A stretch of DNA of 64,000 nucleotides from an uncultured SAR86 cluster bacterium (GTDB lineage: Bacteria; Pseudomonadota; Gammaproteobacteria; Magnimaribacterales; D2472). Under the pieces are notes generated by a model that was not told the DNA's origin, made no database searches, and saw only the letters and a program-made list of their open reading frames with translations. A program made the position numbers and the translations under genes. Position 1 is the stretch's first letter; each line of letters opens with the position of its first letter. The stretch is from contig CABYNW010000003.1 in assembly GCA_902520495.1 (NCBI GenBank), forward strand, positions 7,645 through 71,644, read 5' to 3'. Positions 19,835-28,993 of the stretch are shown piece after piece.

Positions 19835-20872
19835 ATGACAAATGAATATGGCAGACTCATGCTTGATATCGAAGGCAAGTCTCTGTCTGAAGAAGATAAA
19901 AATATAATTTCTAGCAGTCCAGTTGGAGGAATAATTTTCTTTTCCAAAAATTTTGAATCTTTTGAACAAATTAAAAATTTAATTAATGAAATAAAAAATA
20001 TAAAAGAGAATATTATTTTTGCTGTAGATCATGAGGGTGGAAGAGTTCAGAGATTTGATAGCGAATTTACTAAAATTCCATCAATGCAAGAAATCTCTAA
20101 TTTTGCAAGAAATAATAATGATTCTTCAATATTTAAAGATATTGGTTGGCTGGCTTCCAGCGAATTGGTTGCTGTAGGAATTGATATTAATTTTGCACCA
20201 GTTCTTGATATTAATAAAAATAATTCAACTGTAATTGGAGATAGATCATTTTCCAATAAAAAATTTGAAGTATTGGAATATGCTTCAAATTATATTGATG
20301 GAATGCATGAGGCTGGAATGAAATCAACAGGCAAGCATTTCCCAGGACATGGAGGAGTATTAGGAGACAGCCACATAGAATTACCAATTGATGATAGAAG
20401 CCTATATGAATTACATATGAACGACATGCTCCCTTATAGAGATTTAGGTAACAAACTTCATGCTGTAATGTGTGCTCACATTGTTTATTCTAAAATTGAT
20501 GACGAAATTCCAAGTTTTTCTGAACGATGGCTTAAAGATATTCTAAGAGATGATTTAGATTATAAAGGCCTAGTTTTTAGTGATGATTTAACTATGTCTG
20601 GAGCAGGGGATGATTTGTGTTGGAAAAAAGTAGAAAAATCCTTAAAAGCTGGATGTGATATGGCCTTAATTTGTAATGATAGAAAAGGAGCAAAAGAGTC
20701 AATAGATTACATGAATTATACTGGTGTTGAGGACAGTGAAGAAATATCAATCTTAAAAAGTAATAAAAAACTCGAGTGGCATGAAATAGAAATCAGCTCA
20801 AGAGCAAAAGAAATAAAAAGAACTATAAAAGAAATAGGAGATAAGAATGAGAAGAATAGTAACAGGGCATAA
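19835..20872 (+). CDS. nagZ: Beta-N-acetylhexosaminidase (GH3)
   Basis: AVDHEGGRVQR, FAPVLD, IGDRSF, KHFPGHGGVLGDSH NagZ signature, SDDLTM. Confidence 0.93.
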   Translation: MTNEYGRLMLDIEGKSLSEEDKNIISSSPVGGIIFFSKNFESFEQIKNLINEIKNIKENIIFAVDHEGGRVQRFDSEFTKIPSMQEISNFARNNNDSSIFKDIGWLASSELVAVGIDINFAPVLDINKNNSTVIGDRSFSNKKFEVLEYASNYIDGMHEAGMKSTGKHFPGHGGVLGDSHIELPIDDRSLYELHMNDMLPYRDLGNKLHAVMCAHIVYSKIDDEIPSFSERWLKDILRDDLDYKGLVFSDDLTMSGAGDDLCWKKVEKSLKAGCDMALICNDRKGAKESIDYMNYTGVEDSEEISILKSNKKLEWHEIEISSRAKEIKRTIKEIGDKNEKNSNRA

Positions 20873-21368
20873 CGCAGAGGGGAGATCAATAATAACCTTA
20901 GATGGACCTCCGGCACGATCTATTGGAGAAGATGTTGGAGGCCTTTTTGAGCTTTGGAATACTGATGGTAAAGATATTATTTCAACCGATGATTTAGATA
21001 GAGCAAACGATGAAATCATTCTTTCTCCTCCAGATGGAGGAACTAAGTTTAGATATTTTCAGATCAATCCACTTCCAGAGGGGGTTCCTGATGAAATGAT
21101 GCAAGAAATTGCAGCTGATGCTTTTGAAAAAATAGGCGCAGCTCATCACAGGGTTGATACTTCAAAACACCCGGCAATGCATAAGACCGAAACTATTGAT
21201 TACATTATTTTGCTTAAAGGCGATGTCACTTTAATTCTTGATGAAGAAGAAGTAGATCTAAAGCCATTTGATGTTGTTGTTCAAAGAGGAACCAATCATG
21301 CCTGGGTTAATAATGGAAATGAGCCTGCATTGTTAATAGCAGTTTTAATAGACAGTAATATTAAATAG
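20847..21368 (+). CDS. Cupin domain protein
   Basis: RRIVTGHNAEG N-terminus; MHKTETIDY...VVQRGTNHAW cupin motifs; AGGAG RBS. Confidence 0.85.
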   Translation: MRRIVTGHNAEGRSIITLDGPPARSIGEDVGGLFELWNTDGKDIISTDDLDRANDEIILSPPDGGTKFRYFQINPLPEGVPDEMMQEIAADAFEKIGAAHHRVDTSKHPAMHKTETIDYIILLKGDVTLILDEEEVDLKPFDVVVQRGTNHAWVNNGNEPALLIAVLIDSNIK

Positions 21369-21372
21369 CTTT

Positions 21373-23181
21373 TTAAAAACCAGCTTGACCTTCTTGAATA
21401 ATATCGTAGTAGCTCTCATCTAGAAGAGAATATGTTTTTTCTCCAGGCTTTTTAATAAAGATTTGATCTCCCTTAACCTTATCAAGGTGATATGCCTCTT
21501 CTCTTAAGTCATTCTTTTTTAATTTAAATGTTCCTGTTGTTTCAAGTTCTTCAATAATCCTAATAAAGACGGGTTGAGCATAAGTTGGAAGTTTTTCAGA
21601 TACGAACTCCGAGAATTTATCCCAATTAAAATTATTAAGATTGCAATTGAATGCAACCATTCCAGCTCTTCCTTCACTTTGAGGGACTTTGACACCAAAA
21701 ACATTAGCCATATTAACTTGATCAAAAGCGTTAAGTATTTCAGCAACTTCATTGGTAGAAACATTTTCAGATTTCCATCTAAAAGTATCTCCAACTCTAT
21801 CCACAAATTGATAATGCTGTCTTCCCAAAGCAAAACCTACATCCATAGTTTTTAAAAGATCTCCGGTATCAAACCAACGATCTCCATCCTCAATAACATC
21901 TCTTATGATTTTCTTTTCACTTGCTTGCGCATCTGTATATCCATTGTAAATTGCATTTGGACCAATTCTCATGAGAGCTAAACCCGGAGAGTGATCTTTA
22001 ATCTCAATGTATTTACCATTTTCATCGACTTTTAACTTGTCTTCAGCAACATCATATGCAAAAAGCTTAATATCGGTATTTGTCATGCCTATTGTTTGAT
22101 CTTTATTTAAAAGATTCATAAACATACCATTTGCTTCACTGGCCCCATATATTTCGCATATACGTTCAACATCAAATCTATTTCTAAAAGTATCCCAAAG
22201 ATCAGGCCTAAGACCATTTCCAACCATTTTTGAAATTGGATTATTTATCTCTTCATCACAGGGAGGCTGGAAGCTCAAGTATCTGCATAGTTCGCCAACA
22301 TATACAAATGCAGTTGTATTAAATTTTTGTGCTTCTCCCCAAAAAGATGAAGCAGAAAATTTCCTTTTAATGAAAGTAGATGCCCCAACTTGGATACAGG
22401 CACATAGACCAAGAATTAGACCTGTTGAGTGATATAAAGGAAGACAATTGTACATACAGTCATCGCTCGTTAATCTGTATCCAGCAATTGTTATGTTAGT
22501 TGATCCTGCCACAATTTTTACATTAGGGAATAATGCAGCTTTTGGTACACCAGTTGTACCAGACGTATATATATAGAAAGCAGTATCGCCAGCTATAACC
22601 TCATCAGTCTTATCAAGATTTGAAGACTTGGATTGATCAAGGTTTTCTTTTATATTTGATGCCCATTGAGGACAGTTATCTGGATTATTATCTTCAACCC
22701 ATAACAAATCAGATGAATTAGTAATGTTTATTTCTGATAAAACACCCTCTAAAGATTTACTTAATTCATCCCCAAAAATACATTTTTTTGAATCAGATGT
22801 ATTAATACAATGTATAAGAGGGTTACCAGTAAGACTAGTGTTAATTAATGCGCCTATTGCTCCTATTTTATTTATAGCTAATAGTGAAATAACAAAATTT
22901 GGTCTATTTTCCATAAATAAAATCACTCTATCACCATGTTCTATACCTTCATTTAAAAGTTTATTTGCAAGAATATTTGCAGCTTCATTTGTTTGCGAAT
23001 AGGTCCAAACCTCATCTTCAAAGTATAAAAAATCTTTTTCACCATGCTTTTGAACTGTATCTTGGAAAGAGTGGGCAAGTGACGAATTTGAATCCAATTC
23101 AGGCCATTTATATCTTAGAAGAGGAATGATGTATTTTAATTCCCCAATTACTCGGAAAAATTCTGAAATTTTTTTAAACAT
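21373..23181 (-). CDS. Long/very-long-chain acyl-CoA synthetase (FATP/FadD6-like)
   Basis: YIYTSGTTGVPKAA, YVGELCRY, GNGLRP, FVDRVGDTFRWKSENVST FATP signature. Confidence 0.92.
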   Translation of the reverse strand: MFKKISEFFRVIGELKYIIPLLRYKWPELDSNSSLAHSFQDTVQKHGEKDFLYFEDEVWTYSQTNEAANILANKLLNEGIEHGDRVILFMENRPNFVISLLAINKIGAIGALINTSLTGNPLIHCINTSDSKKCIFGDELSKSLEGVLSEINITNSSDLLWVEDNNPDNCPQWASNIKENLDQSKSSNLDKTDEVIAGDTAFYIYTSGTTGVPKAALFPNVKIVAGSTNITIAGYRLTSDDCMYNCLPLYHSTGLILGLCACIQVGASTFIKRKFSASSFWGEAQKFNTTAFVYVGELCRYLSFQPPCDEEINNPISKMVGNGLRPDLWDTFRNRFDVERICEIYGASEANGMFMNLLNKDQTIGMTNTDIKLFAYDVAEDKLKVDENGKYIEIKDHSPGLALMRIGPNAIYNGYTDAQASEKKIIRDVIEDGDRWFDTGDLLKTMDVGFALGRQHYQFVDRVGDTFRWKSENVSTNEVAEILNAFDQVNMANVFGVKVPQSEGRAGMVAFNCNLNNFNWDKFSEFVSEKLPTYAQPVFIRIIEELETTGTFKLKKNDLREEAYHLDKVKGDQIFIKKPGEKTYSLLDESYYDIIQEGQAGF

Positions 23182-23250
23182 CTTATAAATTTAATATATA
23201 TAATTTTATATTATAATCCCATCACACTTTTTTATATAGGACTTACCAAA

Positions 23251-24420
23251 ATGAACAATCCAACTAATTTCGATTTTGTTGTTTATGGCGCAACTGGTTT
23301 TACGGGAAAGCTTGTTGTTGAATATGCTTTAAAACAGTATTCAAACGGCGATATTTCATGGGCTATTGCAGGAAGAAATATACAAAAGCTTGAAAATTTA
23401 AAAGAGAAACTTAATTTGCCTGAAAGAGTTGGGATTATTGAAGTTGATAGTGAGGATCAAGCTTCTATTGATAGGCTTGTTGATCAAACAAAATGTGTTT
23501 TAACAACAGTTGGCCCATATCAATTATATGGTGATAAAGTGGTTAGATCATGTATCTCTTCTGGAACAGATTATGTTGATTTATGTGGTGAATCTGGATG
23601 GATGCATAAGATAATTGCAGAATGCTCTGATGAAGCAAAGGAATCTGGAGCAAGAGTAATATTTTCTTGCGGTTTTGACAGTATTCCATTTGATCTTGGT
23701 GTATTTTTTGTTCAAGAAGAAACAATGTCAAAACTTGGTAAATATGCACCTTCTGTGAGAGGAAGGGTTAGAGCTATGAATGGAGAATTCTCTGGAGGAA
23801 CTGCTGCGTCTATGAAAGCTACAATGGCTTCTTTAAAATCAAATCCTGACTTACTTAATATCCTTATAAATCCTCATGCTCTATGCGAGGGTTTTCAGGG
23901 ACCCCAACAAGCTGATGATTCAAAGCCAATTTACGATGAGGAATTAGAGACTTGGATAGCGCCATTCTTTATGGCACCTATAAATACAAAAAATGTTCAT
24001 CGTTCTAATGCATTAATGAATCACATATATGGAGAAGATTTCCAATATAACGAAATGTGGATTTCTGGCCCCGGAGATGAAGGCAAAGCAGTTGCAGATA
24101 TGATAGCTTCTGCTAATCCAATAGGTGGTGAAGATGCTCCAAAACCTGGGGAGGGACCTTCAAGAGAGAAAAGAGAAAATGGTAATTATGATATTTTGTT
24201 TTGTGCTGATGTCGATAATCAAGTTATTAAAGGATCCGTTGCTGGAGATATGGATCCTGGATATGGTTCTACTTCAAAAATGATTACCGAAAGTGCGGTT
24301 TGTTTAGTGAAGGAAGCAAATGATTTGCTAGGAGGTATTTATACACCAGCTTCATCATTGGGAACAAAGCTAATTAAGAGATTAGAAGATAATGCTGGAT
24401 TAACTTTTAAGATTGAATAG
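23251..24420 (+). CDS. Saccharopine dehydrogenase-like oxidoreductase (trans-acting enoyl reductase family)
   Basis: YGATGFTG, AIAGRN, TVGPY, YVDLCGE, CGFDSIP, SGGT, DPGYGST. Confidence 0.88.
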   Translation: MNNPTNFDFVVYGATGFTGKLVVEYALKQYSNGDISWAIAGRNIQKLENLKEKLNLPERVGIIEVDSEDQASIDRLVDQTKCVLTTVGPYQLYGDKVVRSCISSGTDYVDLCGESGWMHKIIAECSDEAKESGARVIFSCGFDSIPFDLGVFFVQEETMSKLGKYAPSVRGRVRAMNGEFSGGTAASMKATMASLKSNPDLLNILINPHALCEGFQGPQQADDSKPIYDEELETWIAPFFMAPINTKNVHRSNALMNHIYGEDFQYNEMWISGPGDEGKAVADMIASANPIGGEDAPKPGEGPSREKRENGNYDILFCADVDNQVIKGSVAGDMDPGYGSTSKMITESAVCLVKEANDLLGGIYTPASSLGTKLIKRLEDNAGLTFKIE

Positions 24421-24422
24421 AT

Positions 24423-24812
24423 TTAGAGATCACCTTTTTTTCTAAGGTCAGCTCTTATTTTTGTTGCACTTATAGAGGTAATTTCTTCATCAAATATCTC
24501 TTCTTCAAAAACATAACCCACACCTCTGCCATAAGAAATGTTTGTAATATTTGGTACTAGCATTATTTCGTAATCTAACCCTCTTTCAAAACCGTCTAAT
24601 TTTAGATTGGTTTCAATATCGATACAAACATCCTCCCAAGAAAATGGATTATCATCCTGTCCTTCACCACCGGACGAGCCTTCTACATCTCTAACTTGAA
24701 TTATTACCTGACCAGTTTTCACAACACATCTTTTAAATAGCTCCTGATGTCCTTTATGCCAAGGCTGCCATCTTCCTAGCATCTGAACAGTAGGCTTCTT
24801 CCAATCAAACAT
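24423..24812 (-). CDS. Small HIGH-superfamily nucleotidyltransferase (cytidylyltransferase-like)
   Basis: GRWQPWHKGH (HxGH motif), NPFS, ISATKIR (KMSKS-equivalent SxTxIR). Confidence 0.8.
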   Translation of the reverse strand: MFDWKKPTVQMLGRWQPWHKGHQELFKRCVVKTGQVIIQVRDVEGSSGGEGQDDNPFSWEDVCIDIETNLKLDGFERGLDYEIMLVPNITNISYGRGVGYVFEEEIFDEEITSISATKIRADLRKKGDL

Positions 24813-25215
24813 TTTGTAAAATCTCTTTTGCTAATATTTTGTGATTTTCGTCATTCATTTCTGTAATTCTATAGTCCGCATCTATAGGCTCCTCAAACAT
24901 TTTATTAGTATCTTCATACCTTCCTGATTTAATTGTATTCATCCATACGGTAATATCAGGATCAAAGTTTTTCTTAGTCTCTTTTGTAGGGCAAACAAAA
25001 TCGCAAATAACAATTCTTCCATGTTTTTTTTCAAAATCAGCAAGGTTTTTCATTCTTAAACTTTGCCTAATTCTTCCCTGTGGTGAAAAATCCCAGTCGT
25101 TAGCCATTTCTCTTACAATATCTGCGTTATACCACGCAGCATTAAGAAGGGGCTGCATTCTTTTTGCTAGATACGTCTTACCACTTCCAGGAAGACCCAT
25201 TATTAATATTTTCAT
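24805..25215 (-). CDS. Small P-loop kinase, adenylyl-sulfate kinase-like
   Basis: GLPGSGKT Walker A; NADIVRE..DWDFSPQGRIRQ resembles CysC DGDNVR..DLGFS..DR; DFVCP; FEEP. Only 136 aa. Confidence 0.75.
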   Translation of the reverse strand: MKILIMGLPGSGKTYLAKRMQPLLNAAWYNADIVREMANDWDFSPQGRIRQSLRMKNLADFEKKHGRIVICDFVCPTKETKKNFDPDITVWMNTIKSGRYEDTNKMFEEPIDADYRITEMNDENHKILAKEILQNV

Positions 25216-26318
25216 TATCTTGTTTTCTTAATACTAAAAATTTCGTTTTTAAATTGAATTTCACCAACATTATCAATAGTTTTTTTAACCTTATTATGAA
25301 GTCTGGTATTTTTTTCAAGAGCTTGGATATCTCTATCTGGGATTTGTCCTACATAAACAATGTTGGCCCATTTGGCATCAGTATTATGTCCGAATAATTC
25401 TGTAACAGTTTGATCAGGTGCCTTCTTAAAATTAAAAAAATAACTCAATGGCTTCGCATATGTATATTTATTGTTATCGCCTACTGGATTATTTTTTAAG
25501 TAATCAATGATATCTTTTGCAGTATTGGGAAAAGCTTCCTTATCTTTAAATGCCATTTTAAGAATTTTCTGAATAGATTCACCTCCAGATGAATGCGTAA
25601 TAAGAAGTTTTCCAGATTTATTTAGTAATCGCATTAAAGGACCTATTACATTTTTAACCTTAACACTAACTGAAGACGCTGCTCTGTATGCTTGTGATGC
25701 AATAATAAGGTCATAATTGTTGTTTTTATAATCATTTTTTACAAACTGCTCAAAATGTTTTTCATGATCTCCTCTATAAACCCTAATTATGCAGGGGTTT
25801 GAATAGGATGTTCTACTTTTGCTATCTATCTCTATGCCCCAATTTTTCTTAATAAAATTTCCAAGCGCATTACCAGTAATTTGTGAATGAAAGTCAAATG
25901 AATTATCGCTCTTGAGAATTAAATTAAACTCTTTAACTTTTTTATTTTTTATTTTTTTTGAGGTCTCGATTACTCCTAATTCTGCAAATTTAACATTTGT
26001 CATGGTTACCATTAGATTAGGGTGCTCAACAAACCTGTCAGGCATTTTTTCTAAAGTATTTTTTAAGTCTTCGTAGCTTATTTCTTTTCCAGTTATAAGA
26101 AGCGATGTATATGGATGATATCGATGAAAACTTTTAATAACATTCGATTTTATTGTTCCATCTCCTGTTCCTGCATCAAGTATTCTTAGATAAGATTTAT
26201 TTTGAGAAAGACCAGCAATATAAGGATAAAGCTTTTGTGAAATAGCTTTCTTCTCGCTAGTATTTTGAATGAAAGATAGATATTTTAACCTGTCATCAAA
26301 GAATCTTTTTTTCCCCAT
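25215..26318 (-). CDS. Putative class I SAM-dependent methyltransferase, uncharacterised
   Basis: LRILDAGTGDG motif I, acidic residue at end of beta-2 (ITGKE), YDLIIASQAY motif; stop overlaps kinase start (TAATG). Confidence 0.65.
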   Translation of the reverse strand: MGKKRFFDDRLKYLSFIQNTSEKKAISQKLYPYIAGLSQNKSYLRILDAGTGDGTIKSNVIKSFHRYHPYTSLLITGKEISYEDLKNTLEKMPDRFVEHPNLMVTMTNVKFAELGVIETSKKIKNKKVKEFNLILKSDNSFDFHSQITGNALGNFIKKNWGIEIDSKSRTSYSNPCIIRVYRGDHEKHFEQFVKNDYKNNNYDLIIASQAYRAASSVSVKVKNVIGPLMRLLNKSGKLLITHSSGGESIQKILKMAFKDKEAFPNTAKDIIDYLKNNPVGDNNKYTYAKPLSYFFNFKKAPDQTVTELFGHNTDAKWANIVYVGQIPDRDIQALEKNTRLHNKVKKTIDNVGEIQFKNEIFSIKKTR

Positions 26319-26429
26319 TGTTGCCCCTAAAAAAACTTATGTAAATAATAATCTAAATAACGAAATAATGCATTTACTCATTAGATATTTTCAGATTAAA
26401 ATGGCATAAATTAAACTTAAGGAGAACAT

Positions 26430-27584
26430 ATGTCTGAATCAAAACTGCCTTTGATGATTGGTATTGGTACGCGTATTAGAAAATCTCCTTACTATGAATC
26501 AGATTTGAAGTATGGTGTAACTGGTTTTACGGTTTATAACAAAATGTATTTACCAACTGGTTTTTCAAGTCCAGAAAAAGAATATGAAAGTTTAATAAAT
26601 GATGTAACTTTCGGTGATTTTGCTGCTGAAAGACAAATAGAGATTAATGGCCCTGATGCTCATAAATTTGTTTGTTATGTGCAACCAAGAAATTTAGAAA
26701 AATGCGCAATAGGAGCATGTAAATATATTTTATTGACTGATATAAATGGCGGAATAGTAAATGACGCATGCTTATTAAGATTAGAAGAAAACAAATTCTG
26801 GATTTCACCTGGAGATGGCGATGTAATTTTATGGTTACAGGGCATCGCAATAAATTCCGGTATGGATGTGTCTATTCATGAACCTGATGTGTCTCCACTG
26901 CAAATCAGTGGACCTAAGTCAGGCAAGCTTATCCAAAAACTTTTTGATGGCGAGCATGATGATTTAGGTTATTACAAAGCTAAACAAACATCCTTAAATG
27001 GTATTCCAATGGTAATAGCTAGAACTGGTTGGAGCGGTGAATTAAGTTATGAATTATATTTACAAGATAGAAAGTTAGGGAACCAGCTTTTTGAATTAGT
27101 GAATGATGCAGCAGAAGAATTTAATGGAAGGGTAATAGCGCCAAATATAATAAGAACCATCGAGGGTGGATTATTATCTTATGGTGGTGATTTTGGAAGA
27201 GAGCATAATCCTTATACGATCGGATTAGGCAGACTTGTTGATCTTGATCAGGAAGTTGACTTTATTGGCAAGAAAGCTCTTAAAGGTATTAAAGAAAAAG
27301 GACTAACAGAAAAGTTAGTAGGAATTGAGTTAGAAGGGGATCCGATTATAAAGGCTCCAGAAAATTTTTGGGAAGTTAATAATTTAGATAACAAAAAAAT
27401 TGGTCGAGTTTCAAGAGCATTCTATTCACCTAGGCTTAAAAAGAATATTGGATTAGCGATTGTTGATATTAATTATGCTGATGAAGGAAAGAAATTTTCT
27501 GTTGCAACACCAAATGGAGATCTACAATCAGTGGTTGTTTCTATGCCGTGGTTTGAGGCTGATATAGACACCCATTTAGATTAA
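26430..27584 (+). CDS. GcvT-family THF-dependent aminomethyltransferase/demethylase (DmdA-related)
   Basis: RIRKSPY, TVYNKMYLP, ERQIEINGPDA, EPDVSPLQISGP, ARTGWSGELSYE, RTIEGGLLSYG, FIGKKAL; AAGGAG RBS. Confidence 0.88.
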   Translation: MSESKLPLMIGIGTRIRKSPYYESDLKYGVTGFTVYNKMYLPTGFSSPEKEYESLINDVTFGDFAAERQIEINGPDAHKFVCYVQPRNLEKCAIGACKYILLTDINGGIVNDACLLRLEENKFWISPGDGDVILWLQGIAINSGMDVSIHEPDVSPLQISGPKSGKLIQKLFDGEHDDLGYYKAKQTSLNGIPMVIARTGWSGELSYELYLQDRKLGNQLFELVNDAAEEFNGRVIAPNIIRTIEGGLLSYGGDFGREHNPYTIGLGRLVDLDQEVDFIGKKALKGIKEKGLTEKLVGIELEGDPIIKAPENFWEVNNLDNKKIGRVSRAFYSPRLKKNIGLAIVDINYADEGKKFSVATPNGDLQSVVVSMPWFEADIDTHLD

Positions 27585-27586
27585 AT

Positions 27587-28099
27587 ATGCATATTAAATA
27601 CAATCTATTACTCTTATTTCTTACCATACCCATGATTTCATTTACCGATATTTCAAACAATCCGTCAAACTGGTATGTTGTTACTGATCAAGTAATGGGT
27701 GGTAAATCAGAATTAGAAGTAAATGTTGATGATGGTATTTTTAGTTTAAGTGGTTATGTAACCACAATAAATAATGGCGGCTTTGTAAGACTTGCACATA
27801 GGCCAAAAAATATCGATAAAGATATTAAGGGGATTCGTTTCATGGCGAAAGGTAATGATGAAACATATGAAGTTCATGTAACCATGCAGGGTTTAAGAAT
27901 GCCACCTTGGGCTTATCATAGTTCAACCTTTGATGTTAATAATGAATGGAAGACATTTGAAATTAATTTTTCTGATTTTGAAAAAAAATCAGGAGTATCT
28001 GCAAAACTTCGTCCTAACAATATTAGAGATATTAGTTTTGCAGGATATGGAAGAGACTTTGATGTAGATCTTCAAGTCAAAGAAATTAGCTTATATTAA
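27587..28099 (+). CDS. CIA30-family protein, signal-peptide-like N-terminus
   Basis: WYVVTDQVMGGKS and NNGGF motifs. Confidence 0.85.
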   Translation: MHIKYNLLLLFLTIPMISFTDISNNPSNWYVVTDQVMGGKSELEVNVDDGIFSLSGYVTTINNGGFVRLAHRPKNIDKDIKGIRFMAKGNDETYEVHVTMQGLRMPPWAYHSSTFDVNNEWKTFEINFSDFEKKSGVSAKLRPNNIRDISFAGYGRDFDVDLQVKEISLY

Positions 28100-28101
28100 A
28101 A

Positions 28102-28557
28102 ATGTTTTCATCCAAGGATAAGCTTTTCATGAGAAGAGCTATTGAATTAGCTAGAGAATCTTTTAATGAGGGAGAGGTTCCAGTGGGCGCTGTTATAGTT
28201 CAAGATGAAAAGATAATAGGTGAAGGAAAAAATAAAGTAATTTCTGACAATGACGTCACCTCGCATGCAGAAATAAATGCAATAAGAGAAGCATCAAAAA
28301 ATATCAAAAACTACAGACTTAATGAATGCTATATGTATGTAACATTGGAGCCATGTCATATGTGCGCAAAGGCTGCAGTAGATGCAAGACTAAGTTCTAT
28401 AATTTTTGCCGCATTAGAACCAAAAACTGGAAGCATAATATCAATTGACAATTTCTTTGATAAAAAAGAACTTAATCATAGTCCTTCATATCAATATGGC
28501 TTGTTAAAAGAGGAGAGCTCTAAGCTACTAAAAGATTTCTTTAGACTGAGGAGATAA
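28102..28557 (+). CDS. tadA: tRNA adenosine(34) deaminase
   Basis: GEVPVGAV, HAEINAIR, YRL, TLEPCHMC, LLKDFFRLRR. Confidence 0.9.
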   Translation: MFSSKDKLFMRRAIELARESFNEGEVPVGAVIVQDEKIIGEGKNKVISDNDVTSHAEINAIREASKNIKNYRLNECYMYVTLEPCHMCAKAAVDARLSSIIFAALEPKTGSIISIDNFFDKKELNHSPSYQYGLLKEESSKLLKDFFRLRR

Positions 28558-28993
28558 TTATATTTTTTTTCATTGTGGTATGAGGAATACCAGTATCCGA
28601 ACCATTGTATTTCTTTTCAGTTTTGTAGCCTAAGATTTTATAGAAACCTATAGCATGATCTCTAGCATTTAGAATTATTCTTTTAGCATTATTTTCTTTG
28701 GCATTTTTTTCAAGCAAATCAAGAATTTGTTTTCCAATACCAGTACCCTGTAGATTTTCTGAAACAGCCATATATCTAATTTGAGCTTCATCTTTATTAT
28801 TAAAATGAAGTCTCCCACAGGCAATAATTTCTTTATCCTTAATACCAATCAAATGAAATGCTGATTCCTCAAATTTATCTTTTAAGGAGGTTATATCTTT
28901 TCCGATGGGCTTTCTAAGAATCTCCCATCTAAATAAATCATATTCTTTATATTCTTTTTGGTTTGATGGAGTTTTAAATACAATCTTACTCAT
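28541..28993 (-). CDS. GNAT N-acetyltransferase
   Basis: RWEILRKP, CGRL, QIRYMAV, QGTGIG acetyl-CoA motif, LNAR, FYK..GY. Confidence 0.88.
   Translation of the reverse strand: MSKIVFKTPSNQKEYKEYDLFRWEILRKPIGKDITSLKDKFEESAFHLIGIKDKEIIACGRLHFNNKDEAQIRYMAVSENLQGTGIGKQILDLLEKNAKENNAKRIILNARDHAIGFYKILGYKTEKKYNGSDTGIPHTTMKKNIIISSV

Noticed and set aside
24805-25215. Calling this gene cysC
   Set aside because: Much shorter than canonical CysC, lacks recognisable C-terminal CysC motifs, and no sulfate assimilation genes are nearby
26430-27584. Calling this gene dmdA or gcvT
   Set aside because: Family is clear but DmdA cannot be separated from paralogues without phylogeny; no gcvH/gcvP nearby
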